From Eledone cirrhosa (taxonomy: Eukaryota): 64,000 nt of DNA. Made by a program: the position numbers and the translations under genes. The stretch lies in contig OZ024740.1 of NCBI GenBank assembly GCA_964016885.1, positions 390,228,001-390,292,000 on the forward strand, written 5' to 3'. The notes beneath the pieces are model-generated. The model worked only from the letters and a program-made list of their open reading frames with translations, made no database searches and was not told where the DNA came from. Within the stretch, counting starts at the first letter, position 1, and each line of letters starts with the position of its first letter. Shown piece by piece: positions 63,728 to 64,000 of the stretch.

Positions 63728-63872
63728 GCATATATATATATATATATGAATAAAGTGGTCCTTCATCAGTGATCTTCCAACCATCATCGGTATTTCTTCG
63801 CTTGGTGCGAGCAACGGCTAAAGAAAGTCGTTGGGACATGTAAATAAAGGGAACAGCGAGAGTGTAAACAAA

Positions 63873-64000
63873 CAAAGATGGTGAAGCAACGAAAAGTGAG
63901 TAAGAGCGAGTCAAGTCCAAAGATTTCACCGAACTTATATTCATGGAAATTTTTGGACTTGACTCGCCCTTCCTCATTTTTCGTTGCTTCACCATCTTTG
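63873..64000. repeat. Fold-back hairpin running off the window end
   Basis: CAAAGATGGTGAAGCAACGAAAA...GCGAGTCAAGTCCAAA / TTTGGACTTGACTCGC...TTTTCGTTGCTTCACCATCTTTG. Confidence 0.85.

Overview
AT-rich, microsatellite-dense eukaryotic (metazoan) DNA with no recognisable host gene. The abundant tRNA-derived SINE resembles the common octopus SINE, so a cephalopod source is inferred but not proven. Almost everything interpretable is transposon-derived. (1) Two 'trains' of Penelope-like elements (PLEs) sit in (TA)n tracts at ~3.9-12.5 kb and ~46.5-58.4 kb. They contain three distinct Naiad-type PLEs (RT with YRDD in two of them, CxCx5Cx5C linker, GIY-YIG) and two Neptune-type PLEs. (2) All three Naiad copies are palindromic: the 5' end is capped by an inverted copy of the 3' end (126 bp, 1.45 kb, ~1.85 kb). 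Each arm carries an outward-facing minimal hammerhead ribozyme. In every case the inverted arm stops ~85-110 nt short of the true 3' end, at an AT microhomology to the (TA)n target. (3) Nine hammerhead motifs (six distinct sequences) can be read directly, including U4A and U3:A8 core variants. (4) There is a nearly intact RTE LINE whose ORF continues through two TAG stops into three C2H2 zinc fingers, together with (TACA)n-associated bipartite RTE derivatives in tandem. (5) Also present: a young non-autonomous LTR element, two hAT MITEs, decayed Rex3- and R4/Dong-like LINE pieces, fold-back hairpins, and 13-, 37- and 57-bp satellites. Most short ORFs in the track are microsatellite artefacts. 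All alignments and folds were done by eye.
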